Part shown: in pieces, positions 51,794 to 62,056 of the stretch
Layout of the letters: every line of letters starts with the position of its first letter
Numbering within the stretch: position 1 is the stretch's first letter
Origin: a virus
Length of the DNA: 64,000 bases
IMG/VR virus record: IMGVR_UViG_3300047323_000304
Coordinates: 96,001-160,000 of that record
Strand: one strand, 5' to 3'
The notes under the pieces: model-generated
What the model was told of the DNA's origin: nothing
What the model saw: the letters and a program-made list of their open reading frames with translations, nothing else
Database searches by the model: none
Made by a program: the position numbers and the translations under genes

Positions 51794-52174
51794 ATGTACA
51801 TACGTGCATTTTTTGTCGAAAGAAGGGTGATAATTATAAACAAAAGAATATTAAAAGAACCAGAGCGTGGACAATATGAAATACTTTTTAAACATTTTAG
51901 AAATTTTAGACATATGACACAAGAAGAACTGGCTTTTTTAGTTAAAATTGCTCCTAGTTATCTTTCAATGTTTGAACAGAATAATACTACTAGAACTCGT
52001 TCTCCTAAATTGAATTTAATTAGAGATGTTGCTTTTGCCCTGAATGTTTGTCCAAATGATATAATATATTTTCCTTGCAAAACCTGTGAAATGAAGGATA
52101 GTTGTGTAAGAAAAAAACAGGTCATTGATGATGACCATAACTTTGAAAATATTATTAATTACTACCTTGAATAA
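51794..52174 (+). CDS. XRE HTH regulator with C-terminal Cys cluster
   Basis: MTQEELAFLVKIAPSYLSMFE...VAFALNV; CKTCEMKDSC. Confidence 0.85.
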   Translation: MYIRAFFVERRVIIINKRILKEPERGQYEILFKHFRNFRHMTQEELAFLVKIAPSYLSMFEQNNTTRTRSPKLNLIRDVAFALNVCPNDIIYFPCKTCEMKDSCVRKKQVIDDDHNFENIINYYLE

Positions 52175-52247
52175 GTATTAAAAAAAGAAATGAATGATTC
52201 TTAAAATTACAAAAATAAAGGATTATTCATTTCTTTTTTTAATACTT
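52173..52247. terminator. Long hairpin, probable bidirectional terminator
   Basis: 23-bp perfect inverted repeat (52173-52195 / 52225-52247) between convergent genes. Confidence 0.7.
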
Positions 52248-52471
52248 TAAAATATTCATTTGATTAGAATTATTATTTCTCGTACAAATCACTAATATAA
52301 GCATTAACTAATCCTGTTCTATCTTCGTTCACCCTTATAATCGCTACATCTCCAAATCCCACTATATGTTCTACCTTGCCTTGAATCTCATTCCCTTTAA
52401 AATCCACACCTTGAACTAGGCTATCTTCTCGTATCATTAAAAACACCTCACATTAATATTATTTTAATATT

Positions 52472-52726
52472 TTAGCATATTTTAAATGATATTTCTCTAG
52501 TTTCTTTATTAGAACCACAGAATATAATATCAAACATGCTATCACATATGGTAGATAACAGTATTTTCTCATTCTTTTTATATGTCTTCTTGAATTTAAA
52601 TAAGTCTTCTAAATGTTCTTGCAATTCATATCTATTAACTCCAACTATGTTTCCTTTGTCAACCTTAACATTAATTCCATTTTTCATTTTAATTATATCT
52701 ATCATTATTACATATCCTTCTTTCAC
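52472..52726 (-). CDS. hypothetical protein
   Basis: ORF on dominant strand. Confidence 0.5.
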   Translation of the reverse strand: MKEGYVIMIDIIKMKNGINVKVDKGNIVGVNRYELQEHLEDLFKFKKTYKKNEKILLSTICDSMFDIIFCGSNKETREISFKIC

Positions 52727-52993
52727 ATAATTGTTTTTATTTTATTATTCTTATGTATTCTATTAGAATAAAAGAAGTTCATCTAAAAGTAACATTTTAA
52801 GCAAACACTACTCTCTATACTCTTTTAACAATCCTAATTTATAATTTAACTCATATAATTTTTCTTGTTTTAGGACTATTTCTTCTTCTAGTTCTATGAT
52901 ATCTTCTTGAATATCATATATTTCTTCTTCAGTTTCATTAATCATATCTTCTTTACTCATTTTAATACCTCCTAACTTTATAAATCTAAGATT

Positions 52994-53245
52994 TTAAGAA
53001 CCTTCTGTTTGAAATTCTTTTTTCCATTTTTTAAAACACTTTTGGCAAATTGTATCAGGTCTTTCATAAGCTACACATGATTCTTCAACTGAATTAATAA
53101 TATATCCATTATACTTATTATTACAAAGACTTATTGAATCCACAAAACAATGTAGCTTATTTGTTCTTATGTTTTTAGGTAATGCCCATTTTGGAGTTAT
53201 TCGTTCCATTATAAATTTTTCATCCCATTCAGGAAAACCACTCAT
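52994..53245 (-). CDS. hypothetical Zn-binding protein
   Basis: HCF...SLC...CQKC. Confidence 0.6.
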   Translation of the reverse strand: MSGFPEWDEKFIMERITPKWALPKNIRTNKLHCFVDSISLCNNKYNGYIINSVEESCVAYERPDTICQKCFKKWKKEFQTEGS

Positions 53246-53310
53246 TATTCTCTCTTCCTTTCAATTAATAATTATTTTCAATAATACAGTAAAATCAGAT
53301 TTTTAAACTA

Positions 53311-53658
53311 TTATTTAGCACTATGCATATTTAACAATTTAAGTAATTCATCATAGGTTAATGTATTAGCATATTTTATACATTCAACTGATTTTTTCAC
53401 CGCTTCATCAGTTAATTTTATTAGAATCTTATTAATTCTTTCTTGGTCTATTATCATACCAGAACCTTCTTCATCATATATAAATATATTCCCTTTATCC
53501 TCATCATACATAATAGTATTCTTTTTATATACACCACAATCTAATATATTTAATATTTCTTGTAAATTAAATTTAAAATCTTTTGAGCTTAATTTTTTCA
53601 TCATTATTTTAGTATTTTCTGATATATCTTTATCAGTTCTATTTAATATTTTTAACAT
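53311..53658 (-). CDS. hypothetical protein
   Basis: ORF on dominant strand. Confidence 0.55.
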   Translation of the reverse strand: MLKILNRTDKDISENTKIMMKKLSSKDFKFNLQEILNILDCGVYKKNTIMYDEDKGNIFIYDEEGSGMIIDQERINKILIKLTDEAVKKSVECIKYANTLTYDELLKLLNMHSAK

Positions 53659-53691
53659 TAATATTCCTCCTATCCTGTTAAAGTTCCTATT

Positions 53692-54048
53692 TTACTTAAA
53701 TATTTCCTCATTCTTTTTCTTTTCATTTTTCATAAAGTTTTTTAATATTCTTTCTCCGCTTCCTTCTGTCAAATCTTCACCATAATCAAATAAAAAATCT
53801 ACAAATTCTTCAACACTAGTTTTTCCAACTACATATATTTCTGAAAAAGTTTTCTCCAATTGTTGTTCCTTTAACCACTCTTTTAATTTCTCAACTAAAT
53901 TATTTTCATCAATCCAGTCTTTGAAATTAATTTTATTAATTAAATTACTATCTATTTTTAATAGTTTTTTAAAGTCTTTCATTTCAAATTTTTTATCATT
54001 AGTATTCTCATATATAAACATTTTTCTTATTAATTCTATATCAAACAT
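53692..54048 (-). CDS. hypothetical protein
   Basis: ORF on dominant strand. Confidence 0.55.
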   Translation of the reverse strand: MFDIELIRKMFIYENTNDKKFEMKDFKKLLKIDSNLINKINFKDWIDENNLVEKLKEWLKEQQLEKTFSEIYVVGKTSVEEFVDFLFDYGEDLTEGSGERILKNFMKNEKKKNEEIFK

Positions 54049-54053
54049 TATAA

Positions 54054-54296
54054 TTACTCCTTAATTATATTTTTAATTTTATTAATTTCTCTAGAGTTAT
54101 TGTTATTTATGTTAATTGCAGTATTTATTAATGCATTGTTTTCCTTATTTATATCTGATAACTGTTTACATGATTCAGATATATCTTTAAATATATTACT
54201 CATTCTGTCTAAAACTTCTAAAACCTTATCCATATTAATCACTCCCCTATTTGTTATTATATCATAATTTTTATTTCCTAATCTATCTAAGAACAT
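54054..54296 (-). CDS. hypothetical protein
   Basis: ORF on dominant strand. Confidence 0.5.
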   Translation of the reverse strand: MFLDRLGNKNYDIITNRGVINMDKVLEVLDRMSNIFKDISESCKQLSDINKENNALINTAININNNNSREINKIKNIIKE

Positions 54297-54308
54297 AAAA
54301 GATTTATT

Positions 54309-55256
54309 TTACAATCTGTTCAATGGATTATTGATAGCCATATCTCTTAATTCTTCCTCATCAACTCTTAAATAACGTTCTGTAGTTTTTATTGAACTAT
54401 GACCTAATGCACGTTGTATTTGTCTTATATTCGCACCTGCATTATGATTCAATGTAGCAAATGTTCCTCTTAGTTTGTGTGGTGTATATTTTTCGTCTGT
54501 TAATTCTGCTATATTTAAATACTTTTTAACCATTGTTCTAATAGAATCTGTACTTATTTTTGTTTTATAAGTACGTGATAAAAATAAGTATTGTTTTACA
54601 TTCTCAGGATAATCTTCATCAAACCTATAGTTTAAATTATCTTCTATAACTTTTTTGCAAGTATCATCAAGATATACAAATCTTTCTTTTGCTCCTTTTC
54701 CCCATATTTTAATTTTATTATCTTTTATATCTTTTATTTTTATATTTGCAAGTTCTGATATTCTTAAACCACAATGTAGAAATATATTTAAAATACATTT
54801 ATCTCTATAATAGTTAATAGAACCTTTATCTAATGATTCAAGCAATTTTATAGATTGATTTAAGTTTAATGTTATTGGTTCAGTTTTAGGTTGCTTAGGA
54901 CTTTCTAACTCATAAGCTGGATTAAAAGTAATTAATCTTTCTTTGTTTTGTAGATAGTCAAAATAGGCTTTTAAAGTTGCAACTTTCCTACATCTTGTAC
55001 TTGCTTTATTATCACATTCTTTTATTAAATAATTCATAAAATTATGTAGGTGTTTCAACTTAATAGTTTTTATATATTTATCATTAATAGCGTGTCTATC
55101 TTTTCCTCTATTATCTTTAAGGAATTTTACGAACATCTTTAGATCATTCTCATATCCTAATGCAGTTTTTTCTGAAAGACCTTTAATATTTCTGCAATAG
55201 TTTAAAAAATTTATAACACTTTCAGGTAATTCTATATTAATTTTCTCTCTTACCAT
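54309..55256 (-). CDS. XerC/D-family tyrosine recombinase, catalytically intact
   Basis: HCGLRISEL, WGKGAKER, PHKLRGTFAT and LGHSSIKTTERY. Confidence 0.92.
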   Translation of the reverse strand: MVREKINIELPESVINFLNYCRNIKGLSEKTALGYENDLKMFVKFLKDNRGKDRHAINDKYIKTIKLKHLHNFMNYLIKECDNKASTRCRKVATLKAYFDYLQNKERLITFNPAYELESPKQPKTEPITLNLNQSIKLLESLDKGSINYYRDKCILNIFLHCGLRISELANIKIKDIKDNKIKIWGKGAKERFVYLDDTCKKVIEDNLNYRFDEDYPENVKQYLFLSRTYKTKISTDSIRTMVKKYLNIAELTDEKYTPHKLRGTFATLNHNAGANIRQIQRALGHSSIKTTERYLRVDEEELRDMAINNPLNRL

Positions 55257-55378
55257 TCTTAATCACTCCTTAATTCGTTTAATCATTGTTTTTAATTTAT
55301 CTTATATATCCATTATAATACTACTTTATGAAGATTACAAGTAAAATATTCCTGTAATCTCTAAAAATATTATTTAAT

Positions 55379-55597
55379 TTATTTAGCTTCAATTTTATCT
55401 AATTTTAGTCTTTCTGTTCGTTGCTTGAATAATAATTCTTCTTCAACTGTATTATTTACCACATAAGCTATTTCTTCAATTGTCATTCCTTCATTATAGT
55501 ATTTCAATAATACGTCTTTAATATTTTTATTAATATCATCACTTAGTTCTTTTGCTTGTTCTGTCCATCCACCTAATTTTTTATTAAATACTCCCAT
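55379..55597 (-). CDS. hypothetical protein
   Basis: ORF on dominant strand. Confidence 0.55.
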   Translation of the reverse strand: MGVFNKKLGGWTEQAKELSDDINKNIKDVLLKYYNEGMTIEEIAYVVNNTVEEELLFKQRTERLKLDKIEAK

Positions 55598-55840
55598 TTA
55601 ACATTGCTCCTTTATATAATTGTCTATTGAATCATAAAATTTCTTTCTAGTAAGATTCAGTAATTCTAAGTAAGTTAATCCTAATGCTTCTTCCTTAGTT
55701 GGCATTAGATTGTTTATATGATAGTGAAATGTATGTACCTTTCCAGTCTTCATAATAACATCAAAATGTTTATAATCATACTTTGTTGGTGGTTCATTGT
55801 TAAATCTAATGTCTACAATTGTATTTTTCATCAATAACAC
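55598..55840 (-). CDS. hypothetical protein
   Basis: ORF on dominant strand. Confidence 0.55.
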   Translation of the reverse strand: MLLMKNTIVDIRFNNEPPTKYDYKHFDVIMKTGKVHTFHYHINNLMPTKEEALGLTYLELLNLTRKKFYDSIDNYIKEQC

Positions 55841-55877
55841 TCCTTATAATTTATTTACTCTTTTTAAAATGATAGGT

Positions 55878-56360
55878 TTACTCATTTATTTTAATTGTTT
55901 TATTTTCTCCAAAAAACATTAGTTGCATTTCTTCAGTATTACTAAATTGTTTTTCTAAATAATCGTATTTAAATTGTCTATATTCCATTTCTATAGAATA
56001 ATCATTATTATAATAATCAAACTTTATCCTTCTATTCCATTCAACAGGTAATAGTCGTCCAGTTATATTGCTAATTTTAAAAATGTTTTCCATGCTTAAT
56101 TTATGTTTAATACATTTTGTCCTAATAAACATTTCAATATATTCTAATTCTTGGATACAAGTATCATTTGGTTTCTGTCTTTTATTGTTTATATTAAATA
56201 TTGTTATTTTAGATAATTCTACATTAATTTCCCTATATTTATTTATATACCAATGCAATAATTTCAAATCTTCTTCACTAACTATTTCATTCTCTTTATA
56301 ATTTATACACTCTGTATAGTTATTATACTCTGAAACGTAGTCTTCTGTTTTTTCGTTCAT
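55878..56360 (-). CDS. hypothetical protein
   Basis: ORF on dominant strand. Confidence 0.55.
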   Translation of the reverse strand: MNEKTEDYVSEYNNYTECINYKENEIVSEEDLKLLHWYINKYREINVELSKITIFNINNKRQKPNDTCIQELEYIEMFIRTKCIKHKLSMENIFKISNITGRLLPVEWNRRIKFDYYNNDYSIEMEYRQFKYDYLEKQFSNTEEMQLMFFGENKTIKINE

Positions 56361-56416
56361 AATACTACTCCTTTATACTTAATTTCTATTTTATTAATTA
56401 ACATAAATCAATGTTT

Positions 56417-56752
56417 TTAACAACTTTTTATTTCTTCTAAAATATCTTCTAATAATTCTTTTTCAATACCATATCTTACAATATCGTAATCAATAAATGA
56501 ATTATTCCATTTTTCTTCAGCTATATTTAATCTTCTCTTTATTATTTCAACGTAATTATTATTTATAGTATTTTTAATTTCTCTTTGAATTATTTCTACT
56601 GTTGTCATCATACCTATTAATTTAGTTCTCAATTCTGTAGCTCTACAAGAGCCAATTTTGCCATTAAGTTCATCTTTTAATATCTCATCTTTTTTATTTA
56701 AATATTCATTGCAAATTATTGTTCTTATATCTTCTAATGTTTGTTTATCCAT
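56417..56752 (-). CDS. hypothetical protein
   Basis: ORF on dominant strand. Confidence 0.55.
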   Translation of the reverse strand: MDKQTLEDIRTIICNEYLNKKDEILKDELNGKIGSCRATELRTKLIGMMTTVEIIQREIKNTINNNYVEIIKRRLNIAEEKWNNSFIDYDIVRYGIEKELLEDILEEIKSC

Positions 56753-56798
56753 TTTTATTACCTCACCCTTCTTAATAAATTTATGAATTTATCAACTT

Positions 56799-57083
56799 TT
56801 ATAAATTTTCTTCTATAAAGTTTTTTATCTCTCTTAATTCATACATGTTGCAACCACTATCCCAGCATATTAAATTATCTATGTTACTCTTAGCATTACT
56901 CTTATTGTTTTTGTATATTTTAATATTAGTATCCCACCCTAATTTATAAGCCATCAATGATATTATATTACTTTTTAATAAACTTATTTCTCTTTCTACA
57001 TGAATGGTCAATTCATTATCTTCACCTAAATTGTTAATTGTACTTTTTATATTAATCCATTTTTCATTCATATATTGTATCAT
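56799..57083 (-). CDS. hypothetical protein
   Basis: ORF on dominant strand. Confidence 0.55.
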   Translation of the reverse strand: MIQYMNEKWINIKSTINNLGEDNELTIHVEREISLLKSNIISLMAYKLGWDTNIKIYKNNKSNAKSNIDNLICWDSGCNMYELREIKNFIEENL

Positions 57084-57130
57084 CTCCTTTTTTCAATTAT
57101 AACATAGTTCCAATAAGATCAATATTTTAA

Positions 57131-57370
57131 TTACACTTCTTCTAACCAGCCTAAACCAATTTCTATCATATTTCCAACTTTCCATGTATTCATATGATAA
57201 TTAAATCTTTTACTAAAATCACAACTCGTTTCTATTAATTTTATTGTCACAACATTATCTTTATTTATATCTAATACTTCACCATCTAAAATTTTTTCAT
57301 GATATAGTGGTTCATACATTTTATTCTTATACTCTTCTGTAGTTTTGACATGACTTCCTATTTGTATCAT
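57131..57370 (-). CDS. hypothetical protein
   Basis: ORF on dominant strand. Confidence 0.55.
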   Translation of the reverse strand: MIQIGSHVKTTEEYKNKMYEPLYHEKILDGEVLDINKDNVVTIKLIETSCDFSKRFNYHMNTWKVGNMIEIGLGWLEEV

Positions 57371-57992
57371 TTCATACCCTCCTTTTACTATCTAATTTAT
57401 TTCTACTTGTTCAACATCATTTATATCCAATCTCAATCTTCTTCCGTATGTAAAAAGTTCAACCACATTTCCTTTTATAAATCCAATAAATATACCTTTT
57501 AATTTATCATCATTCTTGACTTTAAATACTCCCATAATCATCGTTTCCTCCTAATAATATAATCTTAAATCTAAATTTCTATTTTTAACTTCATTCCATA
57601 AATTATTAAATAAGTGTTCTTTACTATTGTCCGACAGTATTATAAATAACATTCTAATAGATTTATATTCTCTCATTAAATCATTATTACTTAGTTTTTG
57701 GATATTCATAACTATCACTCCTCTTATTTAATTTATTTGTTTTATTGATTATTATATGTATTTGCTATAAGTTGGAATAGCAATCTTTAGTTGTGCCGAT
57801 TGGCTTAGAAAATGTATCTTCTATAGTTATTATTTTACTACTGTTATTACTTAAAGTCAATAATTATTTAATAAAATAAAAAGAATATCTTAGTAATTAT
57901 ATTTTCATAATCCATAAAAATATGTATCATATTATTTACATAAGTGTTATAATATACATACACTCTTGCCAAGCAAAAAGGAGAGTGAAAAG

Positions 57993-58067
57993 ATGAAGAT
58001 TAAGAAATTAAAATTCATGTTAAATATCATAGCTTTTCTTAAGTTATCACTAGAAATAGAAAGATAA
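57993..58067 (+). CDS. 24-aa peptide (type I toxin-like), missing from ORF track
   Basis: MKIKKLKFMLNIIAFLKLSLEIER*, with AAGGAGAG RBS, extended -10 upstream and a strong terminator at 58084-58120. Confidence 0.55.
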   Translation: MKIKKLKFMLNIIAFLKLSLEIER

Positions 58068-58083
58068 TTTAAGTCTTGGTAAG

Positions 58084-58120
58084 AAAAAGGGAAGTAATGA
58101 CGGTATATACTTCCCTTTTT
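58084..58120. terminator. Bidirectional intrinsic terminator
   Basis: AAAAAGGGAAGTA / TACTTCCCTTTTT. Confidence 0.75.
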
Positions 58121-58204
58121 TAATCGTATTAAATTACCGAATTTATCAACTTGTACAAAACAAAAGAGTATAAATTACAAATATACTCTTTTAAGCTTTT
58201 TTAT

Positions 58205-58510
58205 TTAATTTTCTTCTTCGATATTAGAATATATAAATGTTCCTTTATTCCATATGCTAACATAATAAAAATCTTTATAATCAATAAACTCATCTACTCT
58301 TTCTTTTGCCTCAGCTATATCTGTATAAACTTCTATCAATAGTCGTTCTGCATTAATGGCCTCATCATTACATATCAATTCTAAGTCTTCAATATCTTTT
58401 CTAGGACTTCCTACTCCACTTGGTTGTATAAATACTGAAATTTCTTTTATTGTCTCACTTATTGTTGATAATATATTGTCATTGGAAAATATTACACTAT
58501 GTTCTAACAT
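58205..58510 (-). CDS. hypothetical protein
   Basis: ORF on dominant strand. Confidence 0.55.
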   Translation of the reverse strand: MLEHSVIFSNDNILSTISETIKEISVFIQPSGVGSPRKDIEDLELICNDEAINAERLLIEVYTDIAEAKERVDEFIDYKDFYYVSIWNKGTFIYSNIEEEN

Positions 58511-58695
58511 TTTTTCTCCTCCTCACTATTTAAAAGTTGTAATCCACCTAAAGCGGAAAGCAAATTATTTTTAACTGTTTCTAATATTTTAATATTCGAT
58601 TCATTTTTATAATCATCTTTTATATTATCTACTAATTTAATTGTACTCATTATATTTTCCTCAATTAATTTCATATTAATATTCCTCCTATTCAT
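58504..58695 (-). CDS. hypothetical protein
   Basis: ORF on dominant strand. Confidence 0.5.
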   Translation of the reverse strand: MNRRNINMKLIEENIMSTIKLVDNIKDDYKNESNIKILETVKNNLLSALGGLQLLNSEEEKKC

Positions 58696-58725
58696 TTAAA
58701 TTAACTCTTTTAAGCAGATATTAAT

Positions 58726-59040
58726 CTACCATATAACTTTTATAGAATCTGGAGTTCCATAATCAAGTAATTCTCTTGAATCTCCTAATTCACCCTTTAC
58801 AAATTCTACAGTATAACCCATTTCTTCAGTTTCTAATTCTATTTTTATATTTTGAAAAATTTTATCTTTATAAAGAGCCATATTATTCTCAAATTCAACT
58901 TTTACAAAATTTTTATCCTTAGCTTTTCTTATTTGGGTGTCAATTTTATCAATCATTATTTTTACATACTCTTGTATTTTTTCATCTTTTGCTACATTAT
59001 TTAATTCCCTTGCTTCACTTGCTTTTATCATATTACACAT
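58726..59040 (-). CDS. hypothetical protein (similar architecture to 63027..63341)
   Basis: KA.E.R...ELE..GY...C-terminal W. Confidence 0.6.
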   Translation of the reverse strand: MCNMIKASEARELNNVAKDEKIQEYVKIMIDKIDTQIRKAKDKNFVKVEFENNMALYKDKIFQNIKIELETEEMGYTVEFVKGELGDSRELLDYGTPDSIKVIW

Positions 59041-59071
59041 CTCCTAACTTTTTCTAAAATAACTTTTTATA

Positions 59072-59254
59072 TTAATCATATCTGTCATTTTCTCCAAGCA
59101 CCCATAATAAAGTGGCTATAGTTGAAGAACAATCTAGAATTTGGCTTTTCATAACATCTCTTGGTATCTCACTATTTTTATAAGCATTTCTATAATTTTC
59201 TATGGTCTTTTTGGTTGCTTCTATTTCGTGTCTTATTTCTTTCTCTGTTTTCAA
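59072..59254 (-). CDS. hypothetical protein
   Basis: C-terminal ATLLWVLGE motif. Confidence 0.6.
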   Translation of the reverse strand: MKTEKEIRHEIEATKKTIENYRNAYKNSEIPRDVMKSQILDCSSTIATLLWVLGENDRYD

Positions 59255-59324
59255 TAATTCACCTTCTTTTTTTAATTGATAATCACTTTCAATAAGCTTT
59301 TAAAACTCTTGATTTACTTGGTTA

Positions 59325-59885
59325 TTAATGGAAATCTACTGCACCATGTTGTGACGCATATTCAAAAGCTTCTTTCCAATCTTGATATTTTACAAACCAA
59401 TATCCATCATCCTTTAAATTTTTTGAGAATTCTTCTGCTTTTTCTTCATTGTCTACAAAATCTTTATATAATTTTTTAGCTACAATATATCCTATTACAC
59501 CTTCATTGTCAGCAAAATTAATCAATTCTTCAAATAAGTTTTTATTATTTACACCTACTAGACCTACATTTCCATTGCTATCACATTCAAATTTAATTGG
59601 TAATATTGTTTTTGCAAATGCTTCTAACGTATTTCTCCATGCTCCATATCCCGAATAACTTCCTGCTCTGAATCCAATACTATCTTCCCAAGTATAAACT
59701 GTATTTGGATTGATTCCTTCCCCTCTACCTTTAAAATGCTTTTCTGACCATTCCATACTTACTCCAGCTTTCCATTCTGTTTCCCAGTTTATCAATTCTC
59801 CTTCTTCATCAATTTGTGGATTTTCAACCACCTTTAAATTTTTATATGCTGTTATATCTAATCCCATTGTACTTCTCTCCTTCAT
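59325..59885 (-). CDS. hypothetical phage protein (probable start MGLDITAY)
   Basis: FRAGSYSGYGAWR...ELINFADNEGVIG segments. Confidence 0.65.
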   Translation of the reverse strand: MKERSTMGLDITAYKNLKVVENPQIDEEGELINWETEWKAGVSMEWSEKHFKGRGEGINPNTVYTWEDSIGFRAGSYSGYGAWRNTLEAFAKTILPIKFECDSNGNVGLVGVNNKNLFEELINFADNEGVIGYIVAKKLYKDFVDNEEKAEEFSKNLKDDGYWFVKYQDWKEAFEYASQHGAVDFH

Positions 59886-59948
59886 TAATTTTTTTATTTA
59901 TAATGTTTACTTTATTTTCTAGGTAAAAGAACTATTTTGTTTAAACTT

Positions 59949-60302
59949 TTATTCTTCTAAGTCGTCTATAAAAAATTTATTATCTAATCCAAAATCTTTG
60001 AATTTATTTTGTGTGCCATTAAGAACAATTTTATTCCTTTGATTTAATACAATAGATATCATATCAAATTGAATTCTATATTGGTTTTTCAAACCATATA
60101 ATAAACCTAACTTATTTTTACTATCTTCAGTTAACTCATTCCATTTTGTGTGGTCTGGATTAATTATATTAATCTCACTATCAATCATTTTCATTTTTTC
60201 TATTAATTCTCTACCTAACTTTTTTATAACCGTTATACTTCTAATGTCATCTTTTAACGTTTCTTCCATAACATCATAAATATCCATAGCTTTCATATCC
60301 AT
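59949..60302 (-). CDS. hypothetical protein
   Basis: ORF downstream of a TAGACA-17-TATAAT promoter. Confidence 0.6.
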   Translation of the reverse strand: MDMKAMDIYDVMEETLKDDIRSITVIKKLGRELIEKMKMIDSEINIINPDHTKWNELTEDSKNKLGLLYGLKNQYRIQFDMISIVLNQRNKIVLNGTQNKFKDFGLDNKFFIDDLEE

Positions 60303-60578
60303 TTTAACACCATCCTCTATTTATATATGTATTTTTCTTAACTCTTATCTTAATTACATTATATATCATTTACCAAACATTGTCTATATGTTTTTAATAT
60401 TCTTTTTAATTTATTTTTAAACCAAACAATCTAAATTATTTAATATCCATTCCAATGAAGTACCACGCTTTAATAATTCCTGTACTTTTCCCACAAAACT
60501 TAAATTAATATTGATATTTTCCTTTGTGCATTGCTTAACTATTTTACTATAAATATTATAACTCATTATGTATTCCTC

Positions 60579-60953
60579 CTATTCTAAAATCTCAATCTCT
60601 TCTAACGTTAACCATTTATAACCATCCAAATACTTATCTTCTTCATCAATAAAATTACAGTATATTTGTGTTACTTCATCATTATTAGAATTTTTATACC
60701 TTACTATTGGATTGTTTATATAAATAGGATTTTGTCCAAAATGATCCCACTTAAAATCATCTATTATTTCTTTTTGAAACTGTTCTTCAGATAATAATTC
60801 ATTATCTTCATTCTCTAATGTTATTTCATTCATATATTGTCTTTCTAATTTATTTCTTTTATCTAATATAGTCTTATGGTTAATTGAAATTATTTCTGTT
60901 GTATTGCTATTGCCGTTTTCACCAATTGTTAATTTATATCCTATCATTGTCAT
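60579..60953 (-). CDS. hypothetical protein
   Basis: ORF on dominant strand. Confidence 0.6.
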   Translation of the reverse strand: MTMIGYKLTIGENGNSNTTEIISINHKTILDKRNKLERQYMNEITLENEDNELLSEEQFQKEIIDDFKWDHFGQNPIYINNPIVRYKNSNNDEVTQIYCNFIDEEDKYLDGYKWLTLEEIEILE

Positions 60954-61000
60954 TCCTCCACTTTTAATAAAATTTGATTTTTATCTTAATTATAATTTAT

Positions 61001-61546
61001 TTAATATTCATCTGTAAAATCATTATTTCTCAGATAGTTCATAAAACTATATAGTGAATATATTTGTAATTTAATTAGCATGTCATAAGCACCCTCATAT
61101 GAATTTCCATCGTTATCAATTAATATATAATTGTGCGTTAGTGAATCTGACATTCCCTTGAACCATGTTTGCTTAAAAGAATGAAAAATTTTATTATATT
61201 GAGGAACTTTATAACTACATTCATATACAAAACTTTCATCAATTATATTACTATATTTTTCTTTATTATTATTTATATATTTCTCTAATTCTTCTACGTT
61301 ATCCCTGTTGATTTTACATTTATGCTTTATATCAATTCCTAAAGAAGTATTAAGTAAAAAGTGATTACTTTTAGTTTCTAATATCAATTTAACAAAAGAT
61401 GAAACATTATCAAATCCACTATTGTTTAATTTTTCTATACTTTCTTTTGATATGTATTTCAATAAAAAATTTCTTTGTTTATCTGTCATATTATTACCTT
61501 CTTTCAATTTATTAACAATTAATATAATACTTTTATAAACATTCAT
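61001..61546 (-). CDS. hypothetical protein
   Basis: ORF on dominant strand. Confidence 0.55.
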   Translation of the reverse strand: MNVYKSIILIVNKLKEGNNMTDKQRNFLLKYISKESIEKLNNSGFDNVSSFVKLILETKSNHFLLNTSLGIDIKHKCKINRDNVEELEKYINNNKEKYSNIIDESFVYECSYKVPQYNKIFHSFKQTWFKGMSDSLTHNYILIDNDGNSYEGAYDMLIKLQIYSLYSFMNYLRNNDFTDEY

Positions 61547-61579
61547 TTACTGAAATAAGATCATATTATCCAATTAATA

Positions 61580-61927
61580 TCACCTTCTTATTAATCTATT
61601 ATTACTTAATTCAATAAACATATTTTCAATATCACTTTCAATAATGTTGTCTGATATAAATACTGTCATAATATTATCTTCTTTAGATTTAATTATAGCA
61701 ATTAATTTTATTACCAAGTTATCTAAAGCATATTCAGAAAAATCTTCTATTAATTGTATTGGTCTTTCTTGATATCCTACATCTTGAAAATAAATCCCAT
61801 CTCTTTGTAACGCAATTCTCGCACCTGTTTCAATTTGTCTAATAATTAGGCAAGTCCAGTTAAAAACTTTGTCTTCTTCAATTATCCACTTCATTCCTAT
61901 AGATTTAAAAATTCTCATATTTAACAC
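61580..61927 (-). CDS. hypothetical protein
   Basis: ORF on dominant strand. Confidence 0.55.
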   Translation of the reverse strand: MLNMRIFKSIGMKWIIEEDKVFNWTCLIIRQIETGARIALQRDGIYFQDVGYQERPIQLIEDFSEYALDNLVIKLIAIIKSKEDNIMTVFISDNIIESDIENMFIELSNNRLIRR

Positions 61928-62056
61928 CCATCTTTCATAACAATTTATATATATTATACATATAGAATAATCAAAAAGAAATAAAATATTTTAATTAATA
62001 AAAAATATCACTGTAAAATGCAAGATTGATTGTCTTTTTAATTTCTCTATTATGTA

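Noticed and set aside
52173-52247. 23-bp perfect inverted repeat as a mobile-element end or sRNA
   Set aside because: It lies between convergent genes with A/U tracts on both sides, so a bidirectional terminator is sufficient
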